A stretch of DNA of 64,000 nucleotides from Carcharhinus amblyrhynchos (GCA_965287045.1 OZ336872.1:120032001-120096000); one strand, 5' to 3'; numbered from the stretch's first letter, positions 50,523-62,202 are shown. The notes: generated from the sequence alone by a model not told the origin. Program-made: numbers and translations.

Positions 50523-51098
50523 GGAAAACATTCTGTGGGAAATCCTTTATATGCCATGCCACACTTCAAATTGGAACCATGTGTATGTTTCTAGCTGGTA
50601 TTTTGGATCCTCAGGAGACCATGTTGTGTCTGAAACACAGCCCAATTTTACCCTGTTGAGGACATTATTTTGTTGAAGATGATTTTGCAAGAAGTTTACC
50701 AAGATTCTTAACCAAAACACAAAATTAGAATGATTATAAAGTTTGATTGAATGTTTTACCCATTTCACACAATTGTGGGTGTTACGCAGAGGAAACACTT
50801 TTTACATGTCATTTTTCACATTGCTGGCCTTCATCTCACATCGTCACAACCGTGTGAGTATTCTCAGACTGTCTCTCACTCTTTCTTTGCACAGTACAAT
50901 TATTTGTGCTGTCACATTCACTTATGTGCAATGTCTAAGAACTAAAAAAGAAAGTTGGATTTGCTTTTTTGTAACAATGGAATAACAATCGTTGAAAATT
51001 GTTTTTGTTTTGGTTTCAATGCAATGGACTCGTTATTATAGAACAAATGGACATCATTACATGCTTCCTCCCAACAGTAACTGGGGAAATGTCATCAT

Positions 51099-51355
51099 GT
51101 GGATAATGGAAAAGCTGACCACTCTATATCGACTTTATCGTGTTGTGGCATGTCTCTGCAAACTATGGAGAATAGACTTGCTGTCTCAACAGACACAAAT
51201 TTAATAATTTTTCCCAAGGATAGGAGGAAGAAGCCAGACTCTCAAACCAAGAAGCTGTGTATAGACCAAGATAGTGAGCAGCAAAAGAGTAGCCTGCCCC
51301 ACATGCAGACAGTGTACAAAGAGGATCAATGGCCTGGGAACAACAGGAAAGCGAG
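51099..51355 (+). pseudogene. Myb/SANT-like DNA-binding domain fossil (PIF/Harbinger accessory ORF type)
   Basis: SLQTMENR..IIFPKDRRKKPDSQTKKLC, then after a frameshift KIVSSKRVACPTCRQCTKRINGL. This resembles the LF..K.AW.EVA.VSS..RT.QC.KR.NDL pattern of Harbinger Myb/SANT proteins. Confidence 0.6.
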
Positions 51356-51968
51356 CCCCAAGCTCCACATTCTGACTTCCCTGGTATTTCCTGCATAGCA
51401 TTCCTCAGCTTCAGTCACTCCTTTCTCCCCAGGTAGCTCCTGGCATCCCCCTGTGAAAAGTTAAACATTCACCCCTCATCTTTGAGTCACCCATGCTTCA
51501 TAGTGACCCTCCACAAATGTTGTCCTTCCCTCCTCTCCACACAATCCATTCCTTACAACTCTCTGCTTTCTTGCCTTGTAGAAGAAGAGAGTGCACAATT
51601 TGAAGGAGAGACAATGAACTTGGGGGTGGGGGGTCAGTAGCCCTCCACCAGTGATGACCATGGGCAATGTGTGACCACCTGGAGCACTGGGAAGAAAGTC
51701 TTGGTCCAGGTGGCTGCAGGTGTCGGCAGTGACCTCTCGTGAATGTCTGAGCCTCTTGAGACACTGGTGCTCACACATGCTGAGAGAGCCGATTGTCTGC
51801 CTGTAGCTGCTGCGTTGGTGGTCTCCTCTCTTTTGAGTTGGATCACTGTGTCCATCCCCTCTGCCCTCTGAGGAAGCATGTAGCTGAGGGGAAGGCAGCT
51901 GACGTTGCTGCTACTGTTGCCCCTGGTCCTATTGTCATTGCTTCTGCTCCTGCTGTTTGTCAGTGAGG

Positions 51969-52101
51969 GTCTAAAGTATGGTTGCATGTCCCTATGCCGT
52001 GTAATGTCCCTATGCTATGTAAAGTCTAAAATAGGGTTTAGTAAAGTTGCATGTCCCTATGCTATGTAAAGTCTAAAGTAGGGTTGCATGTCCCTATGCT
52101 G
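51969..52101. repeat. Imperfect tandem repeat (~35-45-bp unit, 3-4 copies)
   Basis: GTTGCATGTCCCTATGCTATGTAAAGTCTAAA recurs. Confidence 0.85.
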
Positions 52102-52143
52102 TGGTGAAGGCTTGAAATGGAGGTGCTGGCATTAGATTTGGGT

Positions 52144-52315
52144 GAGCACAGTAAGAAGGCCCACAACACCAGGTTGAAGTCCAACAGCTTTATTTGGAAT
52201 CACGAGCTTTCAGTGCTCCTGAGTGCTCCCCTGATGAAGGAGCAGTGCTCCAAAAGCTCGTGATTCCAAATAAACCTACTGGACTTTAACCTGGTGTTGT
52301 GAGACTTCTTACTGT
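52144..52315. mobile_element. Palindromic pair of Penelope-like terminal repeats (family B)
   Basis: CACAGTAAGAAG..CACAACACCAGGTTGAAGTCCA..TTTATTTGGAATCACGAGCTTT and its reverse complement around a ~40-bp centre. Confidence 0.85.
52227..52263 (+). ncRNA. Minimal hammerhead motif (family B) with a GAAA-to-AAAA change
   Basis: TCCC CTGATGA A GGAGC AGT GCTCC AAAAG CTC GTGA: perfect 5-bp stem II and CUC triplet. The catalytic G is probably lost by CpG decay. Confidence 0.65.
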
Positions 52316-52460
52316 GGTGAAGGCTGACAAGACAATGCAGATCACGGTGAGCAAAACACAAGATGAATGTATTGACTTCCAAGGAATTAGAAGTCACTTA
52401 TCAAACAATAAAAGTATATTCTTAGAAGTCCCAGCCTCTCAGCTGGGTATAGCTACAGCT

Positions 52461-52565
52461 AGAACAAAAACAGAAAATGCTGGACAATCTCAGCAGATCC
52501 AACAGCATCCGTGAAGAAAGAATTGTTTGAAAGCTTCAAGTCTGGATGAACCTTCGTCAGAGCTT
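52461..52565 (-). mobile_element. Penelope-like terminal repeat (family A), decayed hammerhead
   Basis: Minus strand AGCT CTGACGA A GGTTC ATCCA GACTT GAAG.. Confidence 0.78.
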
Positions 52566-53039
52566 TGTTCATGGCTACAGCTAGTCTCTTTCACTGTTTG
52601 AAGGCTTCCAAACTTGTCAGTTTCACTGGTTGATCCAGGCAAATTACACACAGCTTAGGAAACATGTGTGCTGCTTGTTAAAACCAAAGTGTTGGGTTAA
52701 ATCCTCAGTGAATGGTTTAATTATTCACTTGAAGATTCTATAAGTGCTCTTCGCTCAGCTGCACATCTGCCCTTGTTCAATTTGGAAGTGGGTGGGTTCC
52801 TGATGTCACTTTTTGGGACAGATATTCCTTCTGTACCCAAACCCACATCCATTAAAATGCTGCTTAAAGTGTCAGTTTATGGAGCAGAAAACAATTAGAG
52901 GAGATAAGTATAAAGTAGTCATTAAGACATCTGAATGTGGATCTTGCTGCCATAAGTAGTTGTTGACGTGAATAGCACTGATCCATTTAAGCTAGATAAA
53001 TGCACGAGGGAAAAAGGAATGTAAGATTATGCTAAAAAA

Positions 53040-53442
53040 GAGTCCTTCGCCTCAGGACCAGGAGCCCCACTCCCAAGACTCAAGCATCAATGCTGCACTG
53101 AAGGGATGCTACTGTATCGGAAGTACCTTCTGTTGGATGAGATGTTAAAAATTAGATCACCCATCTGCTCTCTTGGGCGGACATAAAAGGTCTTATTTGC
53201 GCAGTTTCAAAGTGCAGAGGAGTTCTCTATTGATCTCTCAACCAACACATTAGTAAAACAGATTATTGGACTACTTATGAGCTCCGTGTTCTTTGTGGAA
53301 GATTGCCTTTTGGAAACTGGTTATCACATTTCCTTTTGTTACAATGGTGACTCAACTTTGAAAGTTCTTTATTGGCTAGAGAGTGCTTTGGGATGTCCTG
53401 AGGTTCTGAAAGATCCATATAAATAGAAGTTCTTTCTTTCTT
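53040..53442 (+). mobile_element. SacSINE1-like DeuSINE
   Basis: GGATGAGATGTTAAA..GGAGTTCTC..CTCAACCAACAC Deu-like core; tail TTTGGGATGTCCTGAGG..ATAAATAGAAGTTCTTTCTTT. Confidence 0.8.
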
Positions 53443-54545
53443 TAAGTATGTAGCAATTGTAGGGCTAATTTCCCACTTGGTCAATCTTAGTGTGGAGCAG
53501 CGCTCATCAAGAAATTACGAGCTTGCCCTGCGTGAGGTTTTATCTGTTAATTGTTGTTTGGGCTCTTGGTTTAACCTTATGCCCAGAAGTAGTGAACGAT
53601 GCAAACATAATCCAGCTGCCAGCACAAACACAATAAGGTACGATTTCTTCTGCTCTAGTTACTAGAGAAAGCAGAGTTCTGGAAATAACTGAGCTTAAAA
53701 TTTTATGAATTATATATTCTTTGGCTTCAGAATGTTAGATGACATGTGTGATATGTGCACACTGCATGAAAAATCAACGCCAAAGAAGCTAATTAAGCTT
53801 TGAAAAGCTTCAGAAACAGAAGGAAGCATAGGTGTACGTGCGTTAGATATATATTATAGATATAAACATATATAGTATGTACAAGGAGAGAGCGGGATAG
53901 AGAGTTTACAACTCTCATTAGGCAGCCAAGTGCAGTTTCAGAAGATTAAGTTGTCATATTGGAACTGGGAATGATTATCCGATGCAAAGTGAAGGTGATA
54001 GCTTGTCACAATTGTGGGGAAGTGTTTAATTCTCAGCTCTCAGAGTAACAATTCAATAGGATGTGGTGTGTTCTTTAAAGGTAGGCACAAATGATGTTAT
54101 TTTCAAAACCTCATGCAGAAGTGGCAAGTCAGTTAATTTATATAGGTAATGCACACAACTAGAAGTATAGTTGATCCTGATTGGAAAAGACTTGTTTCTC
54201 CGAAAACATTCACTCAGATCCCATGCTAATCTGCTATCCAGCTTCTCCCCTTGAGGCATCTACTTTTTTCCCAAGCCGCTACCCTCTTCCAGTCATAGCC
54301 AATTCCATCTCAGACACGATATGGTACTTACCAAACCTGTTGCTACAAATAACCATGGTCACCCTTAATCCTTCCCAGTTCTACAGTTATTCCTCCCATG
54401 CACATTGTTCCTGCTTCACCCCCATTATTGTTCCCAATATTTGTCACATTTTCTCTGTGTTGTCACCACTCATCTCAAGGTTGCTGTAAAATTAGTCCCA
54501 GTACTGCATTTATTTCCATAATCACTGTCACCATTTTTCCAAAAT

Positions 54546-54846
54546 TGCACAGTGGCAAGCGTTGCTGCCTCACAGTGCCAAAGACCCAGCTTCGATTCCT
54601 GGCTTGGGTCACTGCCTGTGTAGAGTTTACACATTCTCACCGTGTCTGCATGGGTTTTCTCTGGGTGCTCTGGTTTCCTCGCACAGTCTGAAAGATGTGC
54701 TGGTTAAGTGCTTTGTCCATGCTAAACTCTCCCTCAGTGTAGTTGAACAGATGCCGGAGTGTGTGGCGAGTAGGGGATTTTCACAATAATTTCATTGTAG
54801 TGCTAATGTAAGCCTACTTGCGATACTAATGAATAAACTTAAAACT
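54546..54846 (+). mobile_element. V-SINE, tail B
   Basis: Head, core and tail B. Confidence 0.93.
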
Positions 54847-55244
54847 TTTAACACGGAGGGAAATCATTCCCCTCAACTACAGGCAACTGGTTGATACCAT
54901 TGTCATTAAAATTGAGAATGTGCATTTTGTTCCACCAGGGACTAAGAAATTGGGCACCAAATTCTCCGACTTTGCTGCAGTGAATGGCCAGAAAGATCAC
55001 GCCCAGAGTGTGGAATCACCCCATGGCAGAGACATTCCGGGAGCTAGTGACAGCCCGGAGGCTGCCGTACAATTCTTATTAATAAATAACATTTTTGTAT
55101 CGACTGATGAAGTCTCTGGAAGTGCATCATTACACTGTCCATATTTTGTTTTACCTTCAGTAGCTGGAAAGTGTTCTTCTGTCTCCAAGCCAGGAGGCTG
55201 TAACTTGCAATTACTTTAATTTACTAAATTAGTAATTAATTAAC

Positions 55245-55760
55245 TAACCAAATAAATCACTCAGTTTAGACATTGATGGACTGGTGGAATGCCCACAGTG
55301 CAACATATGGAAATTTGAAGAATACATTGCCAGTCTGGGCACCCAGAGCTGTGGTATGTATCCACAGCTTTGTTTCAGAGGCCAAACTGCAGACATTGCT
55401 GAACAACAGCAAGGAGAAGAGGTACAGTATCTTGATACTTTGTTCCAGGGGGAAGTAACACTCCTTAGGTTAAGCAGAACTTCAGAGATGGTCAATGGTC
55501 AGGAATAGGAAGATGTGACAGGAAGATATGGGGATCCAGCATGTGGTGATGAAGAAGCATCATTCCGTGATGTTGACCAACAGGTATGAAGTACTTGGGT
55601 TGGAAAGAGGGGGATTGGTTCATGGGGTACTGGCATCATATTCAGGGATAGGGAAGCTGCTCCATTGAAGTGAGCTCTACTTAAGCAGGGATGGGATCAG
55701 TGTCCAAGTGCATTGTATAACCAGGGCTGTGGTTCGGGGTTTAAACCAAAATGTGTTGGT
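55245..55760 (+). mobile_element. Old CR1 ORF1 remnant (N-terminal zinc-finger region)
   Basis: MECPQCNIWKF..SCGMYPQL..YLDTLFQGEVT parallels the ORF1 start at ~59300-59491 (minus). Confidence 0.7.
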
Positions 55761-55798
55761 TCAGGTGAAGGAAGAAATTCAAAATCCTCAGATAAGAG

Positions 55799-56015
55799 TG
55801 TAATGACTTCAATCAGGCCATTGTGGTTCGTCTATTGGAATATAAACTCCCTAATTAAGGAGTCAATTGATGAGCCAATCAGGGAGTCCTTTCCTTGTAT
55901 TTAACTGGGAATGTCAGTTCCTCTGGCACTCACGAAAGTACACTGTGTACTGCTATTGGAATTGTAAATAAAGGAATTTTGGTGAAGGGACTTCTGCCTC
56001 TGAATACTTATTGCA
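55799..56015 (+). mobile_element. 217-bp solo LTR with 5-bp TSD
   Basis: AAGAG|TGTAATGA ... TTATTGCA|AAGAG; CCAAT, TATTTAA, and AATAAA at 55967-55972. Confidence 0.85.
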
Positions 56016-58640
56016 AAGAGTTAGAACCATACAGCGCAGAAGAGGTCCTTTGATCCACTGAGTCCACACCGATATATTAGAAACACCTGAATTCCCATCT
56101 GCCAGCACTTGGCCCATAGCCCTGAATGTTATGACATACCAAAGGTTTATCCAGACACTTTGTAAAGGATGTGAGGCGATCCGCTTCCACCACCCTCGCA
56201 GGCAGTGCATTCCAGACCATCACCACCCTCTTGGGTAAAAAGGTTTTTCCTCACATTCTCCCTGAACCTCCTGCCCCTCACTTTGAACCTATGTCTCCTT
56301 GTGATTGACCTTCAACAAGGAGAACAGCAGCTCCTTATCCCCTCTGTCCATGTCTCTCATAATCTTGTACACCTCAATCAGGTCACCCATCAGTCTTCTC
56401 TGCTCCAACGAAATCAACCCAAGCTTACGCAACCTCTCTTCACAACTTAAATATTCCATCTCAGGCGGCATCCTGGTGAATCTCCTCTGCACTCCCTCCA
56501 ATGCAATCACATCCTTCTGACAATGTGGTGACCAGAATTGCACATAGTACTCCAGCTGTGGTCTCACCAAAGTTCTGTACAACTCCATGACTTCCCTGCT
56601 TTTGTAATCTCTGCTTCGATTTTTAAAGGCAAGTGATCCATATGCCTATTTCACCACCCTACTAACATGTCCTTCCACCTTCAGCGATCTGTGGAAAAAT
56701 ACGCAAAGGACCCTTTATTCCACAGAACTTCCAAGTTTCCTACCATTCATTGAGTACATTCTTGTCAAAGTACTTCTTTCAAAGTACATCGCCTCACACT
56801 TTTCAGGGTTAAATTCCATCTGCCACTTATCTGCCCATTTGACCATTCCATCTCTATATTCTTGTAGCCCAAGACACTGCCTCACTTTTAACCACCCATC
56901 CAACCTTTGTGTCATCGGCAAGCTTACTAATCCTACTCCCCCACATAGTCATCAATGTCATTTATATAAATGACCATTAATAGGAGGCCCAACACAGATC
57001 TCTTTGGTATGCCACTGGACTCTGGCTTCCAGTCACTAAAGCAGCCTTCTATCATCACCTTTGGTCTCCTACAACGAAGCCAATTTTGAATTCACTTTTC
57101 CAAATTACCCTGTTTCCCATGTGAATTTATCTTCTTTATAAGTCTCCCATGTGGGACCTTGTAAAGGCTTTGCTGAAATCTATACAAACTACATCGACTC
57201 TCATTTACACACCTGGTCACCTCCTCAAAAAATTCAATCAAATGTGTTCAGCATGACCTCCCTCTGGTGAAGCCATGCTGACTATCCCTGATCAAGCTTT
57301 GCCTCTCCAAGTGGAGATAGATGCTCTCCTTCAGAAGCATCTCTAATAGTTTCCCTCCACTGGCATGGAACTCACTGGTCTTTCTCTGGTTTTTCTCTAC
57401 AACCCTTCTTAAATAGCAGAACCATGTTAGCAGTTCCCCAGTTGTCTGGCACCTCCCTTGTGGCCCGAGTGGAATTGAAAATTTGGGCCCGAGCCCCGAC
57501 AATCTCCTTCCTTGCCTCCCATGGCAGCCTAGGGCACAATTCATCTGGACCTGGAAATTTATCCACTTTTATGGCTGCCAATACCTTGTCCTTCCCTATG
57601 TCAATTTGCTCAAGAACTTCACAGTCTCTCTCCTTGAATTCCATACCATCGTCATTCTCTTGGGTGAAGACTGATGTGAAGTATTCATTCAACACTCTAC
57701 CAATGTCCTTTGGCTCCCCTCACAGATTGTCCCCTTTGTCCCTCATGGGCCTGAACCTGGTTATCTTCTTCCCATTGATAAACTTATAGAATATCTTGGG
57801 ATTTTTCTTACTTCTAAGAGCCAAAGCTTTCTCATATCCCTTCTTTGCATTTCTAATCACTTTCTTAAACTGCACCCTGCACTTTTTATACCTCATTAAT
57901 GACTACACTGATTTGCTTCCCTTGAACTTTTTAAAAGCTTTTTTTTTCCTTCTCAGTGTATCCTGAATATCTCCGGTCATCCATGGTTCTCTGGGCTTGT
58001 CATTCCTACCTATCACCTTCGAGGGAACATACTGGACTTACACCCTCCTCATTTCATTTTTTGAATGGCTTCCACTGCTCTTCTCTAGATTTCCCCAATA
58101 GTAGCTGTTCCCACTCTGCTTTGGCCAGATCATGTCTTATTTTACTGAAATCTGCTCTTCCCCTATCCATGCCCTTATTCTGCTAACAGTCTGTGTCCCC
58201 TCCCCCTGCCAAATTAGTTTCAACTCCCCCCCAACAGCACTAACAAAATGTCCCACAAGAATGTTCATCCTGTTCTGGGATGTAGACCGTCCAGCTTGTA
58301 CAGGTCCCACGTTCCCCAGAAATGGTCCCAGTGATCCAGGAATCTAAAACCCTCCCTCCTGCACCAACTCTTAAGCCACACATTCATCTGCACTATCCTC
58401 CTATTTCTGTGCTTGCTAGCATGTGGCACTGGGAGTAATCCAGAAATTACAACCCAAGAAGTCTTGCGTTTTCGATCATCACCTAACTCCCAGAATTCTT
58501 GATGCAAGACTTCATCCTTCTTCCTATCTATATCACTGACACCAAATGTGCCGTGATCTTTGCCTTATCACCCTCCACCTTCAGAATGCCCTGCATCAAC
58601 TCAGTAACATCCCAGGCCCTAGAACCAGGGAGGAAACACA

Positions 58641-58676
58641 AATAAACTTGTTGGACTTTAACCTGGTGGTGTGACT
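58641..58676 (+). mobile_element. Penelope-like family B fragment inside CR1
   Basis: AATAAACTTGTTGGACTTTAACCTGGTGGTGTGA resembles 52269-52302. Confidence 0.7.
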
Positions 58677-59019
58677 ACATAGAACATAGAACCCTACAGT
58701 GCAGAAACAGGCCCTTCGGCCCATCGAGTCTGCACCGACCACAATCCCACCCAGGCCCTATCCCCGTACCCCTATACATTTATCCACTAATCCCTCTCAC
58801 CTACACATCCCAGAACACTGAGGGGCAATTTAGCATGGCCAATCAACCTAACCCGCACATCTTTGGACTGTGGGAGGAAACCGGAGCACCCGGAGGAGAC
58901 CCACGCAGACATGAGGAGAATGTGCAAACTCCACACAGACAGTGACCTGAGCCAGGAATCGAACCCAGGTCCCTGGAGCTGTGAAGCAGCAGTGCTAACC
59001 ACTGTGCTACCATGCCGCC
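58677..59019 (-). mobile_element. Relatively young HE1-like V-SINE, tail A, inside CR1 ORF1
   Basis: Close to consensus with CpGs retained; tail (ACATAGA)n. Confidence 0.97.
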
Positions 59020-59699
59020 ACAACGGCCACAGTAGCATCTATCTGTACAACTGACTATAGAATCCTCTATTACTATTGCCGTGCCTCTCTTCCCCCCTTC
59101 CTATACATTCAGGCTGCTGGTGGTGCCAGAAGCTTGGTTCTGTCTGCACTCCCTGGAGCAACAACAATCCAAAATGGAATACCAATTTGCGAGCGAGACC
59201 CCAGGGGACTTTGAACTACCTGCCTACATTTCTTGGACTGCCTGGTGGCCAGGTATTCCCTTCCTTCCACATTTCTTGGTCAGCTGCGGTGTGTCCACTT
59301 CCCTAAACGTGCTATCCATAATGCTCTACAGTGTCACCAGTCACTGCCGTTCCAGCCCCAAAGCTCGAGCTTCCAGGAGGTGTAGCTGGACACACTTCCT
59401 GCACACATGCTGGCCCCAGGCACTGGAAATGCGCCTGGTGTCCCACATGGAGCAAGAAGAGCAAACCACAGCTGCAAGCCCTCCTGCCATGATTAAACCC
59501 TTTAAGTTTAAAAACTTTATAAGATTTTTTAAAGAAAGAAATAAAACAAATTATTCCTTACCCTTGCTTAACCAATGAGTTTCAATTTAATACGGTTTGA
59601 AAATATCCACCAGGACTTACTCACCAATCAGCTGTGCCCATTGGTCTCACATTCCTTTCTGACCCGTAAAGTCTGTGTCCTTTTTTTTTGAAGTGGAGA

Positions 59700-59808
59700 C
59701 GCTGGTGTTGGACTGGGGTGGGCACAGTAAGAAGTCTCACAACACCAGGTTAAAGCCCAACAGGTTTATTTGGTATGACGAGCTTTTGGGGCGCTACTCC
59801 TTCATCAT
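59700..59808 (-). mobile_element. Penelope-like terminal repeat (family B), hammerhead decayed or truncated
   Basis: Minus strand TGATGA A GGAGT AGC GCCCC AAAAG CTC GTCA..CAAATAAACCTGTTGG. Confidence 0.8.
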
Positions 59809-59814
59809 ATAAAC

Positions 59815-60345
59815 CTGGATATGGTCCAAGTGCAGGTCAGTGGGACTAGGCAAAAAATGGTTCGTCACAGACAAGAAGGGCCAAAAGGCCTGTTTCTGAG
59901 CTGTAATTTTCTATGGTTCTATGGATGCTCTTCCTCCTGTTTATCATCAGAGGGGTTCTTCTGTTTCCCACTTGCTTCTGCAGCAATAGAGCAGTCTAGT
60001 GATTTGGGTAAAGGCAAGCAGAGTGGGTGGTACAAAGAGTTTAATCCTAACAGGGCAACTAAAGATAGTAAAAAAAAGTTAAAAGTGCTTTATTTGAAAG
60101 TTCTGATAGGTGATTGGCTCACAGACAGGAGCAAAGTGAAAGAATAAAGGATATGCTCTCAAGTTGGTGGGCTTCTACTGGTGGTGTGCTTCAAGGATTA
60201 GTACTGAAGCCTCAGCTATTTACTGTCTGCATTGATGATATCAATAAAAATATCAAGAATAAAGTATCTAAGTTACCTGATAATAGAAAATTAGGTGGGA
60301 ATGTGAGATTTGTGAAGAACAGACTTCAACAAGATACCCACTAGG
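59815..60345 (+). mobile_element. CR1 fragments (3' tail 59815-59925; APE start/RT pieces 60020-60345)
   Basis: GGCCTGTTTCTGAGCTGTAATTTTCTATGGTTCTATG; KKLKVLYL; GVLQGLVLKPQLFTVCIDD..SKLPDNRKLGG. Confidence 0.8.
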
Positions 60346-62202
60346 ACTTACGCATCAATCAGCCATACCGGTTGGTCTCACCTCATTTTCTGACCTGTAA
60401 TGTCAATGCCCTTTCTTCTGATCAGGGGACAGAGGGAAGCTCTAATGTAGAGTTTTGGGTTTAACCCCTCCTTGACTCCAGTTCTTCCTCTTCCTATTTT
60501 TTAAGCTGATTTCTTTCAGAATGCTCTTCAGTGAAGTCTTTCTGCTGCCTCTAGGAAGTTGTAGGGAATGTACTGTCTGCTAGCTGGAGAGTTGGTAAGA
60601 CCCCTGTTTCACCTCACTGTGAGAAAGGCTCACCATATTAAGTGCTTGTAGGACACCGAAGTGACCAAATATGGGCCTTCCCCAGGACCCAGCAATTGCT
60701 GGGAAAGTAGTGGCAACTGCTGGCAATGTACCTGTCGGGGATCACTGAGGGACCCAGGCTATGGGTGAGTGAGGAAAGGATGAGGGTCATGGGGGTGGGG
60801 TGTCGCTCCCTGAAAAGGCAGGATAGTGGAAGAAAAGGCAGGGGCTTGGATCTCAGCAGGCCCTCTCCCCATTCCCATTTTGTTCTTGTCAATGAGGGGC
60901 CCCCTTAACCCCCACAAACTAACATGACAAGGTTTACTTCTCAATCTCCCCATCTGGCAACTGCATCTGACTGAAGAACAGCAGAGGCAGGATGAGGCAC
61001 TGAAGTGTGCAGTGATTGCTACTCAATATAGCACCCTATATATGTTGCGGTACTAGTAACAACAGTTGTATTAGTAATAAGCATTGATTTAATTTTCAAC
61101 AAATATAACTCCAGGCTGCATTAGTCCGTACTTATATTTGTATGACTTGCTGCTATTTTTGGTTCAAATGACAACATTTTGCAAAGTGTGAGATTCAATG
61201 AATGAAATGGATTTAATTCAATGAGACGTTTTTTACAAAATTGAAACTTGTTCTCAGTAATTAACGCATTCACAGACAACATCTGGGAATTAGCAGCAAC
61301 ATATTATTTCTGCATAACCATAACAATTTGGCACCACAACACAGCATAAAACTTTTCAAAATCCTTAACCGTTAACATGCTCCAAATGGCAATCTGACAT
61401 TCATGAAACTTGATTGGTCGCATGCCAGATTGACTGGTTTCCATCAGTGACTCTTCAGCCACCTCAACTGGTCTTGCCTGTCACCCTGGACAGAAATTTT
61501 AATTGTGCCTAAACCAGTTTGCTTCAAGTGCCACCCATAACAGCCTGAGAACCAAATTGAGTTCAGCCATGGTGGGCTTTGGGCACTAACTGGGCAGTTT
61601 CATTTCTACATTTGCTTAACACAACCTTATCAACTTCAAGCGGGGCTGATAAACTAAACATAGGTTCTGTTTATTTAAAGATCAAGTACGGGATTGCTCA
61701 GTCAGCAGGTTTACTATAAAGATTCAACATCTATTGTTAATAGGGACATGCAGCTGCAATTCTTTCACGCCACATGCTGCTAGCTAAACAGAAACTCCGC
61801 TGAACAATGTGGGTTACATGGTTGATATTACATGGTTTACTTCGTTATTAGCATAATATCTCTTCAAGCAATATCACCATAAGCTGCAGCCACCAGCTGG
61901 AAAGCATAGAAAATCATCTGATTCCTATGCTGAGCTGGCAACTAGGCTGCGTCTGGTGTATTAAAGGTGGGAGGGTATGGGGAAGGCCTTGCATGGGCCA
62001 TCAGCAGATCAGATATTATTTTGCAGTCACAGGAAGAAGATTTATGAACCCAGAAACTCAAAGTTTCCTTGGTCATTTGTTCACAGAATCATACAGTGAA
62101 GCATAGGCCCTTTGGCCAGTCAAGTTTGCGCTGACACATGAGCACCACCTAACCCACCTACATAATCCCATTTACCAGCACTTGGTTCATATTCTTGAAT
62201 GT

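Larger units (their letters stand above)
56021..59690 (-). mobile_element. Near full-length decayed CR1 (5'UTR, ORF1 zinc finger + SGNH esterase, ORF2 RT; APE largely deleted)
   Basis: ORF1 MAGGLAAVVCSSCSMW..CRKCVQL (~59491) and esterase VVISGLLPVP..WCRREGFRFLDHW..LYKLDGLH (58265-58507); ORF2 LNEYFTSVFT, PGPDELCPR, SQHGFTRGRS, WQMEFNPEKCE, LYRTLVRPQLEY. Confidence 0.93.

Noticed and set aside
51969-52101. Repeat array as CRISPR-like
   Set aside because: Units are adjacent and degenerate with no unique spacers; eukaryotic context and no cas genes.
55103-55130. CTGATGA as another hammerhead core
   Set aside because: No stem II followed by GAAA and no flanking Penelope-like repeat.
4808-59019. 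Recurring ORFs like LALLPHS..PGSIPGLGHCLCGVCTFS as a gene family, or SINE heads as tRNA genes
   Set aside because: These are chance translations of V-SINE copies; the heads have A/B boxes but no complete cloverleaf.
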